NCBI GenBank assembly: GCA_030920305.1
Contig: JARLUB010000004.1
Location: forward strand, 43,558 to 107,557
From: Eubacteriales bacterium SKADARSKE-1
GTDB lineage: Bacteria > Bacillota > Clostridia > Oscillospirales > Acutalibacteraceae
Length of the DNA stretch: 64,000 bases
Direction of reading: 5' to 3'
The position numbers and the translations under genes are program-made. Numbering within the stretch: position 1 is the first letter of the stretch; each line of letters starts with the position of its first letter. The notes under the pieces are model-generated. The model did not search any database. It was not told where the DNA came from and was given only the letters and a program-made list of their open reading frames with translations. This document shows positions 16,542 through 27,136 of this stretch, one piece after another.

Positions 16542-18698
16542 ATGGATTTTATTTCAGAGCTATCGGAACAATTTAAATTAAAACCATGGCAAGTTGAAAA
16601 TGTTATAAAACTAATAGATGAGGGCAACACCATACCGTTTATAGCTCGGTATAGAAAAGAAGCACACGGTTCACTTGATGACCAAGTTTTGCGTGAAATT
16701 AGCGAGAGACTTTCTTATTTAAGAGGTCTTGAAAGCCGTCGAGAAGAAGTAAAGGCATTAATAATTGGGCTGGACGCTATGACTGATGAAATAAATGCTG
16801 CACTAGATTCAGCTAAAACTTTAGCGGAAATAGAGGATATATACAGACCATTTAGACCAAAAAGAAAAACTAGAGCGAGCATTGCTAAAGAAAAGGGCCT
16901 TGAACCGTTAGCTATTGAAATATTTGAGCAAAAGAAGGATTCAAAAGAGCCTTTAGTTTTAGCAGAACAATATATAGACAGTGAAAAAAGTGTAGAAACT
17001 GCAGACGACGCATTAGCGGGAGCTATGGATATAATTGCTGAAAATATATCTGATGATGCTGGAATTAGAAAGCGCTTGAGAGTAGTTGCTATGGCACAAT
17101 CTATTTTGTGTTCTAAGGCAACAGACCCTGAAAAAGATTCTGTGTATGCACAATATTATGATTTTAAAGAGCCGGTTTCGAAAATTGCAGATCATAGAGT
17201 TTTGGCAGTAGATAGGGGAGAAAAGGAAGATTTTCTTAAGGTTACAATTGATTTTGATATAGATAAAGCTAAAAATATAGTATATTCTGTTAGCGTGAAA
17301 GAAGGTTCACCATGCACTGAGACGGTTAGAGCTGCAGCAGATGATGCATATTCAAGGCTGATTTTTCCATCTATTGAGCGTGAAATTAGAAATGAACTTA
17401 CTCAAAAAGCTTGCGATAGTGCTATGAAAGTTTTTTCTGTGAACCTTCGCCAGCTATTAATGCAGCCACCGGTTAAAGGCAAAGTTGCATTGGGGCTAGA
17501 TCCTGGTTATAGAACAGGATGTAAAGTTGCGGTTGTTGATGAGACAGGCCTAGTTTTAGCTACAAATGTGATTTACCCAACCCATTCTGGCACTAAAGTA
17601 GAAGAAGCTAAAAAAATAATATCTTCACTTATTAAAAAGTATGGTGTGGAGATTATTTCTATTGGAAACGGAACCGCTTCTAAAGAAACAGAAATGTTTG
17701 CGTCTAATCTTATAAAACAAGAGAATTTGCGTGTCTCTTATATGGTGGTAAGCGAGGCGGGGGCATCTGTTTATTCAGCGTCGAAGCTAGCAGCGCAAGA
17801 GTTTCCAGAATTTGATGTAACTTTGCGAAGTGCTGTGTCTATTGCAAGAAGGCTTCAAGACCCGCTAGCAGAATTAGTAAAAATTGATCCAAAAGCTATT
17901 GGTGTTGGCCAGTATCAGCACGATATGCCAAAAAAACAGCTTGACGAAGCTTTGGGCGGAGTAGTTGAAGACTGCGTAAATACTGTTGGCGTTGATTTAA
18001 ATACAGCTTCGCCGTCTCTTTTATCAAGGGTTTCGGGTGTTAGTGGGGCTGTGTCTAAAAACATTGTTTCTTACCGTGAAGAAAATGGTGCATTTAAATC
18101 TCGTGCTGAATTAAAAAAAGTATCAAAACTAGGACCTAAAGCGTTTGAGCAGTGTGCGGGGTTCTTAAGAGTAGCTGAAAGCCGGAATGTTTTAGATAAT
18201 ACTGCGGTTCACCCGGAATCATATAGTGCAGCTAAAGAACTTTTAGAACTGTGCGGCTACAGTTTAAATGATGTAAAAACGGGAGATATTAGAGAAAAAT
18301 TAAAAGCACGTATTGAAGAAATAGGTGAAGAAAACGCTGCCCAAAAAATTGGTGTTGGTGTTCCGACCCTGCAAGATATAGTTACAGAACTATTACGCCC
18401 GGGCCGTGACCCTAGAGATGAATTGCCACCACCTCTTTTAAGAGCAGACATTTTAGACATGAAAGATTTAAAACCCGGCATGGAGCTTGATGGAACGGTT
18501 AGGAACGTTATAGACTTTGGTGCGTTTGTTGACATTGGTGTGCATCAAGATGGGTTAGTGCATGTGTCTCAAATTTGTGATAAATATATAAAGCATCCAT
18601 CAGAAGTATTAAAGGTTGGTGATATTGTAAAGGTTAGAGTTTTGTCAGTTGACCCGGATAAAAAACGTATTTCATTAACAATGAGAGATGAAAAATAA
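16542..18698 (+). CDS. tex: Tex-like transcription accessory protein (S1 RNA-binding domain protein)
   Basis: The N-terminus is IPFIARYRKEAHGSLDD. The C-terminal S1 domain is GMELDGTVRNVIDFGAFVDIGVHQDGLVHVSQ. Confidence 0.95.
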   Translation: MDFISELSEQFKLKPWQVENVIKLIDEGNTIPFIARYRKEAHGSLDDQVLREISERLSYLRGLESRREEVKALIIGLDAMTDEINAALDSAKTLAEIEDIYRPFRPKRKTRASIAKEKGLEPLAIEIFEQKKDSKEPLVLAEQYIDSEKSVETADDALAGAMDIIAENISDDAGIRKRLRVVAMAQSILCSKATDPEKDSVYAQYYDFKEPVSKIADHRVLAVDRGEKEDFLKVTIDFDIDKAKNIVYSVSVKEGSPCTETVRAAADDAYSRLIFPSIEREIRNELTQKACDSAMKVFSVNLRQLLMQPPVKGKVALGLDPGYRTGCKVAVVDETGLVLATNVIYPTHSGTKVEEAKKIISSLIKKYGVEIISIGNGTASKETEMFASNLIKQENLRVSYMVVSEAGASVYSASKLAAQEFPEFDVTLRSAVSIARRLQDPLAELVKIDPKAIGVGQYQHDMPKKQLDEALGGVVEDCVNTVGVDLNTASPSLLSRVSGVSGAVSKNIVSYREENGAFKSRAELKKVSKLGPKAFEQCAGFLRVAESRNVLDNTAVHPESYSAAKELLELCGYSLNDVKTGDIREKLKARIEEIGEENAAQKIGVGVPTLQDIVTELLRPGRDPRDELPPPLLRADILDMKDLKPGMELDGTVRNVIDFGAFVDIGVHQDGLVHVSQICDKYIKHPSEVLKVGDIVKVRVLSVDPDKKRISLTMRDEK

Positions 18699-18722
18699 AA
18701 CTTTTAATAAGGGGAAAATAAA

Positions 18723-19748
18723 ATGGACAATTCTTCACAGTTTAAAGACAATAATGTACCAAGTTCTGATTTTGTGAAAACCAAAAAAATTTCTAAAAAG
18801 TTTTTAGTTATAATAATATCTGTATTTTTAGTTATTGGGTCTTTAATTTGTTTGCGAATGTTTATTGATAAAACTAATAGCCAACAAATAACAATACCAA
18901 TAGCTATGGCAGCTGATGATAACTATACATATCCAACAATCGTTGCAATGACGTCAATTTTAGAAAACGCAAAACCTACAACTAAATATGAATTTTATGT
19001 AATGGTTCCTGGAAACTTTAATGAAGAGAATAAAAACAAGATTTTAAGCGCTAAGGATAAATATAAAAATGCTACTATAGACTTAATTAATATGGAAGAC
19101 AAATTTAAAAGTGCAAATACGCATGGACATATTACAACACCAGGTTATTATCGGCTTTCATTGTCAAGTTTATTTCCAAACTTTGATAAAATTATTTGGC
19201 TCGATGGGGATACCATAACACTTGGAGACTTAACTGGTATGTTTAATATTGATATGGAAGATGACTATTATAAAGGTTTCTTAGACGATAATATTAATGG
19301 TGCAGAGTCACTTGGAGTAGATGATGATCATTACATATGTAGTGGGGTTATGTTAGTTAACTTAAAAAAATTAAGACAAGATAACATAGAACAAAAATTT
19401 GCTGAGTTTATAGAAGAAAACAATGAAAAGCTTATTCAGCACGATCAAACTGTTATTAATGTATTGTGCTATAAAAATATAGGGGTTTTGCCACCACAAT
19501 ATGGCATTTTTAATTATTATTTAGAAAATATTGATTCGGCAGTATCATATAATAATAATTTAAAACCTAATAGTCGTTATAGTTTAAACGATATAACAAA
19601 AGCTTATGAAAATCCTGTTATTGTTCACTGTGTAAACAAACCATGGAAAGACAAAACAGTACCATACTTTGATAAATGGTGGGATTATGCTAAAAAGACA
19701 GCTTTTTATGATGAAATGAAAAGTAAGTATACAGAAGTCTTTAATTAA
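18723..19748 (+). CDS. Glycosyltransferase family 8 protein with an N-terminal TM anchor
   Basis: Contains IAMAADDNYTYPTIVAMTSILENA, the DxD motif WLDGDTI and the Q-H-D motif LIQHDQTVINV. Confidence 0.85.
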   Translation: MDNSSQFKDNNVPSSDFVKTKKISKKFLVIIISVFLVIGSLICLRMFIDKTNSQQITIPIAMAADDNYTYPTIVAMTSILENAKPTTKYEFYVMVPGNFNEENKNKILSAKDKYKNATIDLINMEDKFKSANTHGHITTPGYYRLSLSSLFPNFDKIIWLDGDTITLGDLTGMFNIDMEDDYYKGFLDDNINGAESLGVDDDHYICSGVMLVNLKKLRQDNIEQKFAEFIEENNEKLIQHDQTVINVLCYKNIGVLPPQYGIFNYYLENIDSAVSYNNNLKPNSRYSLNDITKAYENPVIVHCVNKPWKDKTVPYFDKWWDYAKKTAFYDEMKSKYTEVFN

Positions 19749-19771
19749 AAAGTTAGGAGACAAAAGCTTTT

Positions 19772-20866
19772 ATGAAATTGGGAATAGTGGGACTGCCAAA
19801 TGTCGGGAAAAGTACACTTTTTAATGCAATAACTAACGCAGGAGCAGGCGCTGAAAATTATCCTTTTTGTACGATTGAACCTAATGTTGGAGTTGTTGCA
19901 GTACCTGATAAGCGCCTTGATGAGCTAAAAAAGATGTACAACCCTGATAAGTTTACACCAGCAGTTATTGAATTTGTTGATATAGCAGGCTTGGTTAAGG
20001 GCGCTTCAAAAGGTGAGGGGCTTGGTAATAAATTTTTATCAAATATTCGAGAAGTAGATGCAATAGTGCATGTTGTAAGGTGTTTTTCAAATGATGATAT
20101 TGTACATGTGCACGGGAATATTGACCCTAAACTCGATATAGAAACAATTAATATTGAACTTATTTTATCTGATCTTGAAATTATTGAAAGGCGTCTTAAT
20201 AAAACTCAAAAAATGATTAAAGCTGATAAAAAATACAAGAGTGAATATGATTTTTTTGAAAGGGTAAATGATGTTTTAGAATCTGGTAAACCGGCAAGAT
20301 CTCTTGAATGTACAGAGGCGGAAAAAGAGCTTTTAAACTCTGTTTCGCTGCTTACAAATAAACCAATAATTTATGCTGCAAATGTAAACGAAAATGATTT
20401 TCAAAATGGAATAGAGAACAATGAGTATATTAAAGTGGTAAAAGAGATTGCAGCCGAAGAAAATGCAAAAGTTTTGCCAATTTGTGCACAACTTGAAGCA
20501 GAAATATCAGAGCTTTCACCCGATGAAAAAAAGATGTTCTTACAAGATCTGGGGCTTAGTGAATCTGGGCTTGATAGATTAATTCGGGCCTGTTATGATT
20601 TGCTTGGGCTAATTTCATTTTTAACAGCAGGCAAACCAGAAGTAAGGGCTTGGACGATAACTCGGGGCATGAAAGCACCTGCAGCTGCCGGTAAAATTCA
20701 TTCAGATTTTGAACGAGGATTTATTAGAGCAGAAGTGGTATCTTTTGATGATTTAATGAAGTGTGGGTCTTTGGTAGCAGCTAAAGAAAAGGGTTTTGTA
20801 CGATCTGAAGGTAAAGAATATTTAATGAAAGATGGAGATGTTGTCTTATTTAGATTTAATGTCTGA
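19772..20866 (+). CDS. ychF: Redox-regulated ATPase YchF
   Basis: The G1 motif is GIVGLPNVGKSTLFNA. The C-terminus is HSDFERGFIRAEV. Confidence 0.95.
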   Translation: MKLGIVGLPNVGKSTLFNAITNAGAGAENYPFCTIEPNVGVVAVPDKRLDELKKMYNPDKFTPAVIEFVDIAGLVKGASKGEGLGNKFLSNIREVDAIVHVVRCFSNDDIVHVHGNIDPKLDIETINIELILSDLEIIERRLNKTQKMIKADKKYKSEYDFFERVNDVLESGKPARSLECTEAEKELLNSVSLLTNKPIIYAANVNENDFQNGIENNEYIKVVKEIAAEENAKVLPICAQLEAEISELSPDEKKMFLQDLGLSESGLDRLIRACYDLLGLISFLTAGKPEVRAWTITRGMKAPAAAGKIHSDFERGFIRAEVVSFDDLMKCGSLVAAKEKGFVRSEGKEYLMKDGDVVLFRFNV

Positions 20867-20905
20867 TTTAATATTTGATGGGTTTTATATTTTTTTTATG
20901 AAACC

Positions 20906-21607
20906 ATGAAGTATAAAAAGATAGCATTGGGAGGCCTTAATTTGATTAATATTAAGAGAATTCTATCTTTTATTTTTCCAACAAGGTGCCAGTATTGCAA
21001 AAAAGTAATTCCTTTTGGCACTTTGATTTGCAATGAATGCTTAGAAAAAGTAAAGCCACAAAAACATATTACAAATATAATGATGGAAAGTGGCAAAGAA
21101 TTGACGGTCGTTTCTCCATTTATATATGAACAGGAAGTTAAAAGAGCAATTTGTGATTTTAAATTTAACGGTAAAGTTGAATTTTCAGGGCATTTGGCTA
21201 AAAGCATGGCTTGGGTAGCTAATGATGGTTATAATTTAAAGGATTTTGATTTTGTAACAGCAGTACCGCTTTCTACTAAAAGTAAAAAAGTTAGAGGTTA
21301 TAATCAAGCAGAAATTTTGGCAAGAAGTGTTGCTAAAGATTTTTCCATGCAGTACATTGAAACACTTAACAAAGTAAAGGAAAATAAAAAACAACATACT
21401 CTTTCAAAAAAAGAACGCCAAGAAAATGTTAAGGGAGCTTATACAGGACTTGAAGCAAAAACAGTTTCAGGAAAACAAATTCTTTTGTGTGACGATATAG
21501 TAACCACCGGAAGCACCCTTAGTGAGTGTGCTAAAGTGCTGTATTTATCAGGAGCAAAAGTTGTGTGCTGTTTAACAGCTGCAAAGGCAGTTTATTGTAA
21601 ACAATAA
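20906..21607 (+). CDS. comFC: ComF family protein (ComFC-type phosphoribosyltransferase)
   Basis: The N-terminal Cys pairs are PTRCQYCKK...LICNEC. The PRTase motif is ILLCDDIVTTGSTL. Confidence 0.85.
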   Translation: MKYKKIALGGLNLINIKRILSFIFPTRCQYCKKVIPFGTLICNECLEKVKPQKHITNIMMESGKELTVVSPFIYEQEVKRAICDFKFNGKVEFSGHLAKSMAWVANDGYNLKDFDFVTAVPLSTKSKKVRGYNQAEILARSVAKDFSMQYIETLNKVKENKKQHTLSKKERQENVKGAYTGLEAKTVSGKQILLCDDIVTTGSTLSECAKVLYLSGAKVVCCLTAAKAVYCKQ

Positions 21608-21622
21608 ACAAAATATTCTTAA

Positions 21623-21666
21623 AAAACCTCTGTGTTTTACTAAATACAGAGGTTTTTGTTTTTTTC
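21623..21666 (+). terminator. Rho-independent terminator after comFC
   Basis: The stem is aaaacctctgt / acagaggtttt with a long T-run. Confidence 0.85.
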
Positions 21667-21757
21667 TTCTTTAGAATAATGTTTTTTTATTTTTATGATA
21701 AAATAAAAGAGTATCAAAAATAAAAAGTAAGGAATATTTGTTGCAAGGAGAAGAAAA

Positions 21758-22282
21758 ATGAAAAAATTTTTATCAGTTTTTTTAGTATGTTTGTTGCTAA
21801 TTGTTCCTGCTATCTCACTTAATTGTTTAGCGACTGGAGAGACTCAGGATATTTATGGAGCTGTTTATGTTGTGAATGATCAAGCTGGAAATGCTCAAAA
21901 CAAACTTGAGGTTAGCCCTCAAGCTGAAATGAAACCAAAATCCAAATTTATTTCCTGGAATACAATAAAGTTTATTTTAAAAATGGGAATGAGGATTGTT
22001 GTACCTGGAGTAGGTTTCGTGCTTTTGTTAGATCATTTTTCAAATGATGGGCATGTAGCTAAACTTGTAGGTAGCACTTTTGGAGAAGCTATTGGTAGTT
22101 TTAAAGTGGAGCATCCTGAAGTATTAAATTATTTACAAGCAATTCCATCAAAAGTAGAAAAATTTAATACATTTTCTAAAGGTTTTTATAATGCAGTTTA
22201 CAATTTAATTGCTAAAAATGTTAATGCATTTAAAATTGGGTTAGATGAAGGCCTGCAAGCAGGCAAAGCCTCTGAAAATTAG
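21758..22282 (+). CDS. Hypothetical secreted/membrane protein
   Basis: RBS is 'aaggag'. The signal peptide is MKKFLSVFLVCLLLIVPAISLNCLA and there is an internal hydrophobic segment. Confidence 0.65.
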   Translation: MKKFLSVFLVCLLLIVPAISLNCLATGETQDIYGAVYVVNDQAGNAQNKLEVSPQAEMKPKSKFISWNTIKFILKMGMRIVVPGVGFVLLLDHFSNDGHVAKLVGSTFGEAIGSFKVEHPEVLNYLQAIPSKVEKFNTFSKGFYNAVYNLIAKNVNAFKIGLDEGLQAGKASEN

Positions 22283-22411
22283 AAAGTTAAAGCAAAGTAT
22301 CTTTTTTCTCGAACAAATTTTTAGGAAAATAATTACAAGGCTTTTATGGTATCTTTAATTTGTGCATATTTGAATTTATATAAGTAACGCTTTATAAAAA
22401 GGGAGAAAAAA

Positions 22412-23593
22412 ATGAAAAAGGTATTATCAAGTATTTTAATTGGAGTTATGTTGTGTAGCTCCATTAATTCAACTTTTATTTTTGCTGAAGAGCACAGGTC
22501 TAAAGGCCCCATGGTTTCTACAGAAGAAGTCCTTAAAAATCCTCAGGAAATTAATTTAGACAAAACTGTATCCGAAGGTGAAAGAGAGCATGTTGTGGCT
22601 GATACTGAAAAAGCTATAACTAAGCTTAAAGAAAATATTGCTAATTTAAAAGTAACATCTTTTTGGGAAAGAAATAAGGGTAGGGTTTTAAAAGTAGCAG
22701 GTGGTGTTTTAGCTGCAGCAACAATCGGGGCTGCTGCGTATTTTGGGTATAAATATGCAAACCAAACAAATGCAGTTAATCCTTTAGATTTTAGTACCCC
22801 AACAGATACCGAAACACTTCAAGAACCAAAAAAATTAGATTTAAACTTAGATGTAAAAGAAGCCCCTGTAGAGGTTGCCACTAATATTGACCCTAAAACT
22901 GATTTACCTAATTGCTCAACCCAGAGCGAAGGCCAGATTAGTTCTTTGCCAAGTAGTGGGGATTCTTTAGAAGAGCAAAAAAGCTATCCATTGGCTTTAT
23001 TTACTACTGAAAGTTTATTTGAAGCCAGAAACGCTAGCAATGATGCAAAAAGTTCTGCCACCCAAGCAACGGCATGTACAGAAAACGGAACTTTAGTTGT
23101 AGCCGAAAACCCTGTAGGGCTTGCCAACAAAATTCGTTTAAGTTGGGTTATAGGTGGTGTGGGATTAGCTGGCGTAATCACTCTACCTTTTTCTCCTCTT
23201 TTGACTTTGGTTATTGTTGGTACTGCTGATATTATTGGATGTGTCAGGTTAGGTGCCTACGTATACGCTGACAATGCAAAAGTACGACAATGGTACAATG
23301 ATTGTGAATCTAAAATACAAGAAAGCATATACAAAAATGCTACAGTTTGTGAACAAGCAAGGCAGGCTTTTGATGAAAGAAATGACTGTAGAGTACAAGC
23401 TAGAAGTAAGATGAAGACTAGACCACTTGCTTGGTTTTTAGATTGGTGGGAGCCAAATTGGACATGGGAAGGTCTTTTAGAGAAACAATCAAAAAAATAC
23501 AATGTTTCTGGTGAGGCTGCCTGTGAAAATATTATTGAGAGTGCTCAAAGATCAAGAGCATCTGTAAATAATTTCTTTGGAGTTTCCCATTAA
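22412..23593 (+). CDS. Hypothetical exported membrane protein with a Trp/Cys-containing C-terminal domain
   Basis: RBS is 'agggag'. Signal peptide is MKKVLSSILIGVMLCSSINSTFIFA. There are TM segments at about residues 95-115 and 255-295. The C-terminus is ...WFLDWWEPNWTWEGLLEK.... Confidence 0.65.
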   Translation: MKKVLSSILIGVMLCSSINSTFIFAEEHRSKGPMVSTEEVLKNPQEINLDKTVSEGEREHVVADTEKAITKLKENIANLKVTSFWERNKGRVLKVAGGVLAAATIGAAAYFGYKYANQTNAVNPLDFSTPTDTETLQEPKKLDLNLDVKEAPVEVATNIDPKTDLPNCSTQSEGQISSLPSSGDSLEEQKSYPLALFTTESLFEARNASNDAKSSATQATACTENGTLVVAENPVGLANKIRLSWVIGGVGLAGVITLPFSPLLTLVIVGTADIIGCVRLGAYVYADNAKVRQWYNDCESKIQESIYKNATVCEQARQAFDERNDCRVQARSKMKTRPLAWFLDWWEPNWTWEGLLEKQSKKYNVSGEAACENIIESAQRSRASVNNFFGVSH

Positions 23594-23617
23594 GGTTATA
23601 AAAGTAATTGAAACAGG

Positions 23618-23669
23618 GTTGCGCCCCGCGAAAGTGCTGCTGAAAGTCAGCGCGGAAGTGGGGCGCAAC
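23618..23669 (+). repeat. GC-rich intergenic element, copy B
   Basis: Sequence is gttgcgcccc gcgaaagtgc tgctgaaagtcagc gcggaagt ggggcgcaac, followed by tttatt. Confidence 0.8.
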
Positions 23670-23693
23670 TTTATTATTGTGGAAAATTAATAT

Positions 23694-24629
23694 TTATCCA
23701 ATGCTATCTAAGAAATTATCAATTTGCTCTTCGCTTTTTAGTTGTTCATGAATATCTGTTTTAAAGATAGACCAATTTTCAACATGCCTTGCCACTTCGT
23801 TTTTATTTATTTTGAAAATAGGACTTAAAGTTTCAACGGTCAAAATGTTTTCATTTGCAAAAAATTCAAGAGATGATTCTCCGTTTAAATATTTAGCTTT
23901 ACTGTTGTGAACAAACCTTTTGAATATAGCGGTTTTGTTACGTGCAAAGGTTACCCAACCAAGATGATTATTGGTACCTAGTCGAAATGGATTTTTGTTT
24001 TTTTGACTAGAAGTAAAAGTTATATATTTATCAAAAAAAGTTAGTTGACTATCATTAATCTTAGAATATGGCCATAGAGATATAATTCTATTTGGAGAAA
24101 TATTTAGGTTTTTTTCATTTTGCGGAACTATAAGTATTCCGTTTTTCTTAGGAAAAGAAGTTGATGCACAAATTACAAGATTTCTTTTATCATGAGATAA
24201 ATTTTTAACACTGTGCAGCACCATAAGATTATTTGTATTTTCACTTAATATTATTTCAATAGATGTTTGCAAGTCTTTATAGGGGGGAATAAACCTTATG
24301 CCCTTTGGCAATATAGAATAAATAACAGGCTGGTTATCGATGATAGGAACATTTTTTTTTGTTGGATAATCTTTTAGCAAAAGATTATGGCCGCTATACT
24401 TATCTAAGTTCTTCGCACTGCTCATTGAAGCATTAAATTTTAAATTTGAATTAATATCTATTGTATTTTTAGAAAAAAGTACATTTTTTTCGTTAATAAA
24501 CCCAAAATGAATTATTCTTGGCCCTTTATCAACGGTAACACAAACTTCTATCACTGAATTGCTTATAAGTACACACTTTCCAAAAGGTTCACAGATAATA
24601 TCTTTAATATCAATAGGCAAAATAGTCAC
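23694..24629 (-). CDS. Hypothetical cytoplasmic protein (family not recognised)
   Basis: The ORF is long and uninterrupted with typical codon composition. No motif was recognised. Confidence 0.55.
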   Translation of the reverse strand: MTILPIDIKDIICEPFGKCVLISNSVIEVCVTVDKGPRIIHFGFINEKNVLFSKNTIDINSNLKFNASMSSAKNLDKYSGHNLLLKDYPTKKNVPIIDNQPVIYSILPKGIRFIPPYKDLQTSIEIILSENTNNLMVLHSVKNLSHDKRNLVICASTSFPKKNGILIVPQNEKNLNISPNRIISLWPYSKINDSQLTFFDKYITFTSSQKNKNPFRLGTNNHLGWVTFARNKTAIFKRFVHNSKAKYLNGESSLEFFANENILTVETLSPIFKINKNEVARHVENWSIFKTDIHEQLKSEEQIDNFLDSIG

Positions 24630-24666
24630 TCCTTTTGTGTAGAACGGGCTGTAGAGATGATTTTTG

Positions 24667-25866
24667 TTACCTTACTGTTATTATTCCGGTAGTTTTTTCA
24701 AGATCGCATTTATTCGCCTTTGGTTGAATTAAAGCGTAAAGATCAGTTGTTTTATTTTCAAGTTCAAATAAGTTTTTTACGTGTTGATCGGAACTTTTTA
24801 AAATATCGGAATATTTTGTTATAATGGGTAGGCTAGCAGTTTTTTTCATTTTACGCAAAAGCTCGGCTCCGGCAGAATCAAATCCAAGAACCTTTATGTA
24901 AGCTGGAGGTTCAATTGTATCAGTTTTATTAATTCCTAAAAAGGCAGCTAAAATAATACGTCTGATTCTAGCACTAGTATAACGCTTAGATTTGATGTTG
25001 TTACATAAAGCATCCAACGATTTGGCGTTTTTTATTTCTTTATATATTTTGTTGTCTAAACCTTCGCTAATATCTGGTAGATTAGCAAGTTGTTCTTTTG
25101 ATAGTGTTCTAAGTGTTGCTAAAATTGCTAATTCTATTTTTTCAATATTACTAGGAGCATTTTTATTTTTTATTTCCTCTATTAATACTTCATATGCAGA
25201 TTTTGGAATAAAGTTCGAATAATCGTACTGTTTATTTAAAATCATTTCTCGAATTAATGATGCTGAAGCAAAATTTTCAGTAGTTGTTTTACTATTGTGT
25301 AAAGGGCCTTTTCTTAAAATAGCTACAGGGGATATGTTAGATTTAAGCGAATTTAATGCTTTGATATATTCGATTGCCAAGATATTATTAGGGTAAGAAA
25401 AAATATCAGATAATTCTTTGCCATAAACTGAACAAATAGCTTTTTCTCTAGCCTTTGCAAATGTTATTCCTTGTTTTAAATTTTCCTTTAAATTATGTTT
25501 AATTTCTGTGGAAATAACAGCAGCAGATGCTTGTTTAAGTTTTTCTATATCAGAGCATTCGCTGCCAAAAATCAAAGTATCAACACAGCCGAACGCGTTA
25601 GCTAAAAATATAGAACCGAATGCAAATTTTTCAGCAGGAGCTATAGAAAAAGGCACCGGCAATTCAATAACTAAGTTAGCACCATTTAAAATAGCGGTTT
25701 TTGCCCTTGCCCATTTAGAAATAATTGCAGGTTCTCCCCTTTGAGTAAAATTTCCGCTCATTACAGCCACTGTATGACTAAAACCTAATTTTTTTGATTC
25801 CGATATTAAGTATTTATGACCATTATGAAATGGATTAAATTCGCAAACTGTTGCACAGACTTTCAT
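24667..25866 (-). CDS. tmcAL: tRNA(Met) cytidine acetate ligase (UPF0348/YlbM nucleotidyltransferase family)
   Basis: Contains CEFNPFHNGHKYL and is ~400 aa, which is typical of the family. Confidence 0.8.
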   Translation of the reverse strand: MKVCATVCEFNPFHNGHKYLISESKKLGFSHTVAVMSGNFTQRGEPAIISKWARAKTAILNGANLVIELPVPFSIAPAEKFAFGSIFLANAFGCVDTLIFGSECSDIEKLKQASAAVISTEIKHNLKENLKQGITFAKAREKAICSVYGKELSDIFSYPNNILAIEYIKALNSLKSNISPVAILRKGPLHNSKTTTENFASASLIREMILNKQYDYSNFIPKSAYEVLIEEIKNKNAPSNIEKIELAILATLRTLSKEQLANLPDISEGLDNKIYKEIKNAKSLDALCNNIKSKRYTSARIRRIILAAFLGINKTDTIEPPAYIKVLGFDSAGAELLRKMKKTASLPIITKYSDILKSSDQHVKNLFELENKTTDLYALIQPKANKCDLEKTTGIITVR

Positions 25867-26010
25867 AGTTTTATTCTCCTTAAATAATTTTAATTCTTTT
25901 TATATTTTAGCATATATTTAATAAGATCTTCAGGCAATAAAGATGTCATTGACTTTTCTCATTAAATATGGTAAAATTAACAAAAATATTAGTCTATAGG
26001 AGGAGTTTAT

Positions 26011-26874
26011 ATGGATTTAGGCAATTATAAATTTAATGGAGAAAAAGTTTTTAAATACAAGGCATTTGATCCAGCAGCTGAGTATTTAACTATGGATAAA
26101 GAGGTTGTTTTATCAACTGGCGAATTAAATATAAAAAAAATGGAGCTCTTGCAAGATCGATTCTATGCTCAAGGGAAAGAGTCAATTCTAATAATTTTGC
26201 AGGCTATGGATGCTGCAGGTAAAGATGGAGCAATAAAACATGTTATGACAGGGCTTAACCCTCAAGGTGTGGAGGTTACTAACTTTAAAAAGCCTTCTAG
26301 TGAAGATTTGTCTCATGATTATTTATGGAGATGTATTAAAAACTTACCGGCAAGAGGAAAAATAGGAATATTTAACAGGTCTTATTATGAAGATGTTTTA
26401 ATTGCTAGGGTGCATGAGCTTTATAAAACTCAAAATTTACCTGATAGATGTAAATCGTCTGGTATTTTTGAAAAGAGATATGAGCAGATAATAAATTTTG
26501 AAAAGTATCTCTGGGAAAATGGTACGCGTGTTATAAAATTCTTTTTCTGTATATCTAAAGATGAGCAGAAGAGACGTTTTTTAAAGAGAATTGATGATAA
26601 AAACAAAAATTGGAAACTTTCTGACGCCGATGTTCAAGAGAGAAAGTATTGGGACGATTATATGAAGGCCTATGAATTGGCAATTAATAGTACAGCTACG
26701 CAGCATTCACCATGGTATGTAGTACCATCAGATAAAAAATGGTTTGCAAGGTCTTTTGTATCGCAAGTGTTAACCGAAGTTATGGAGAAAATAGATCCAC
26801 ATTATCCAAAGGTTACTAAAGAAAAAGAAAAAATGGTACAAAAATGCAAAGGGTTATTGCTTAACGAAAAATAA
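26011..26874 (+). CDS. ppk2: Polyphosphate kinase 2 family protein (polyphosphate:nucleotide phosphotransferase)
   Basis: Contains LQAMDAAGKDGAIKHV, FNRSYYEDVL and SPWYVVPSDKKW. Confidence 0.9.
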   Translation: MDLGNYKFNGEKVFKYKAFDPAAEYLTMDKEVVLSTGELNIKKMELLQDRFYAQGKESILIILQAMDAAGKDGAIKHVMTGLNPQGVEVTNFKKPSSEDLSHDYLWRCIKNLPARGKIGIFNRSYYEDVLIARVHELYKTQNLPDRCKSSGIFEKRYEQIINFEKYLWENGTRVIKFFFCISKDEQKRRFLKRIDDKNKNWKLSDADVQERKYWDDYMKAYELAINSTATQHSPWYVVPSDKKWFARSFVSQVLTEVMEKIDPHYPKVTKEKEKMVQKCKGLLLNEK

Positions 26875-26884
26875 ATAAAATTAT

Positions 26885-26932
26885 AAAAAAAGAGCTAGCA
26901 TACAATTTTATATGTATGCTAGCTCTTTTTTT
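26885..26932 (+). terminator. Rho-independent terminator after ppk2
   Basis: The 13-bp stem agagctagcatac / gtatgctagctct is followed by a T-run. Confidence 0.85.
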
Positions 26933-27093
26933 ACGGCTTGCTTTTGCATGCGGCAGATTGCCGCTGATAATACACGATCTAAGTTTTTTCGAGAGGTTGA
27001 GTTATTTTGCTCACGATACAACTTGAACCAAGAAGCGGAAAGAAAAAAGTTTCATATTAAGATTAGTGTGCAGGTTGATTGCGGTGTCACACT

Positions 27094-27136
27094 GCCGCCG
27101 CGGAAGTACTCGCGTAGTGAGTGCGGAAGTGGCGCT
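27094..27136 (+). repeat. GC-rich intergenic element, degenerate copy C
   Basis: Sequence is gccgcc gcggaagtac tcgcgtagtgagt gcggaagt ggcgc, followed by taaactttttt. Confidence 0.6.

Noticed and set aside
20896-21207. 103-aa minus-strand ORF
   Set aside because: It is antisense to comFC, whose Cys4 and PRTase motifs are clear.
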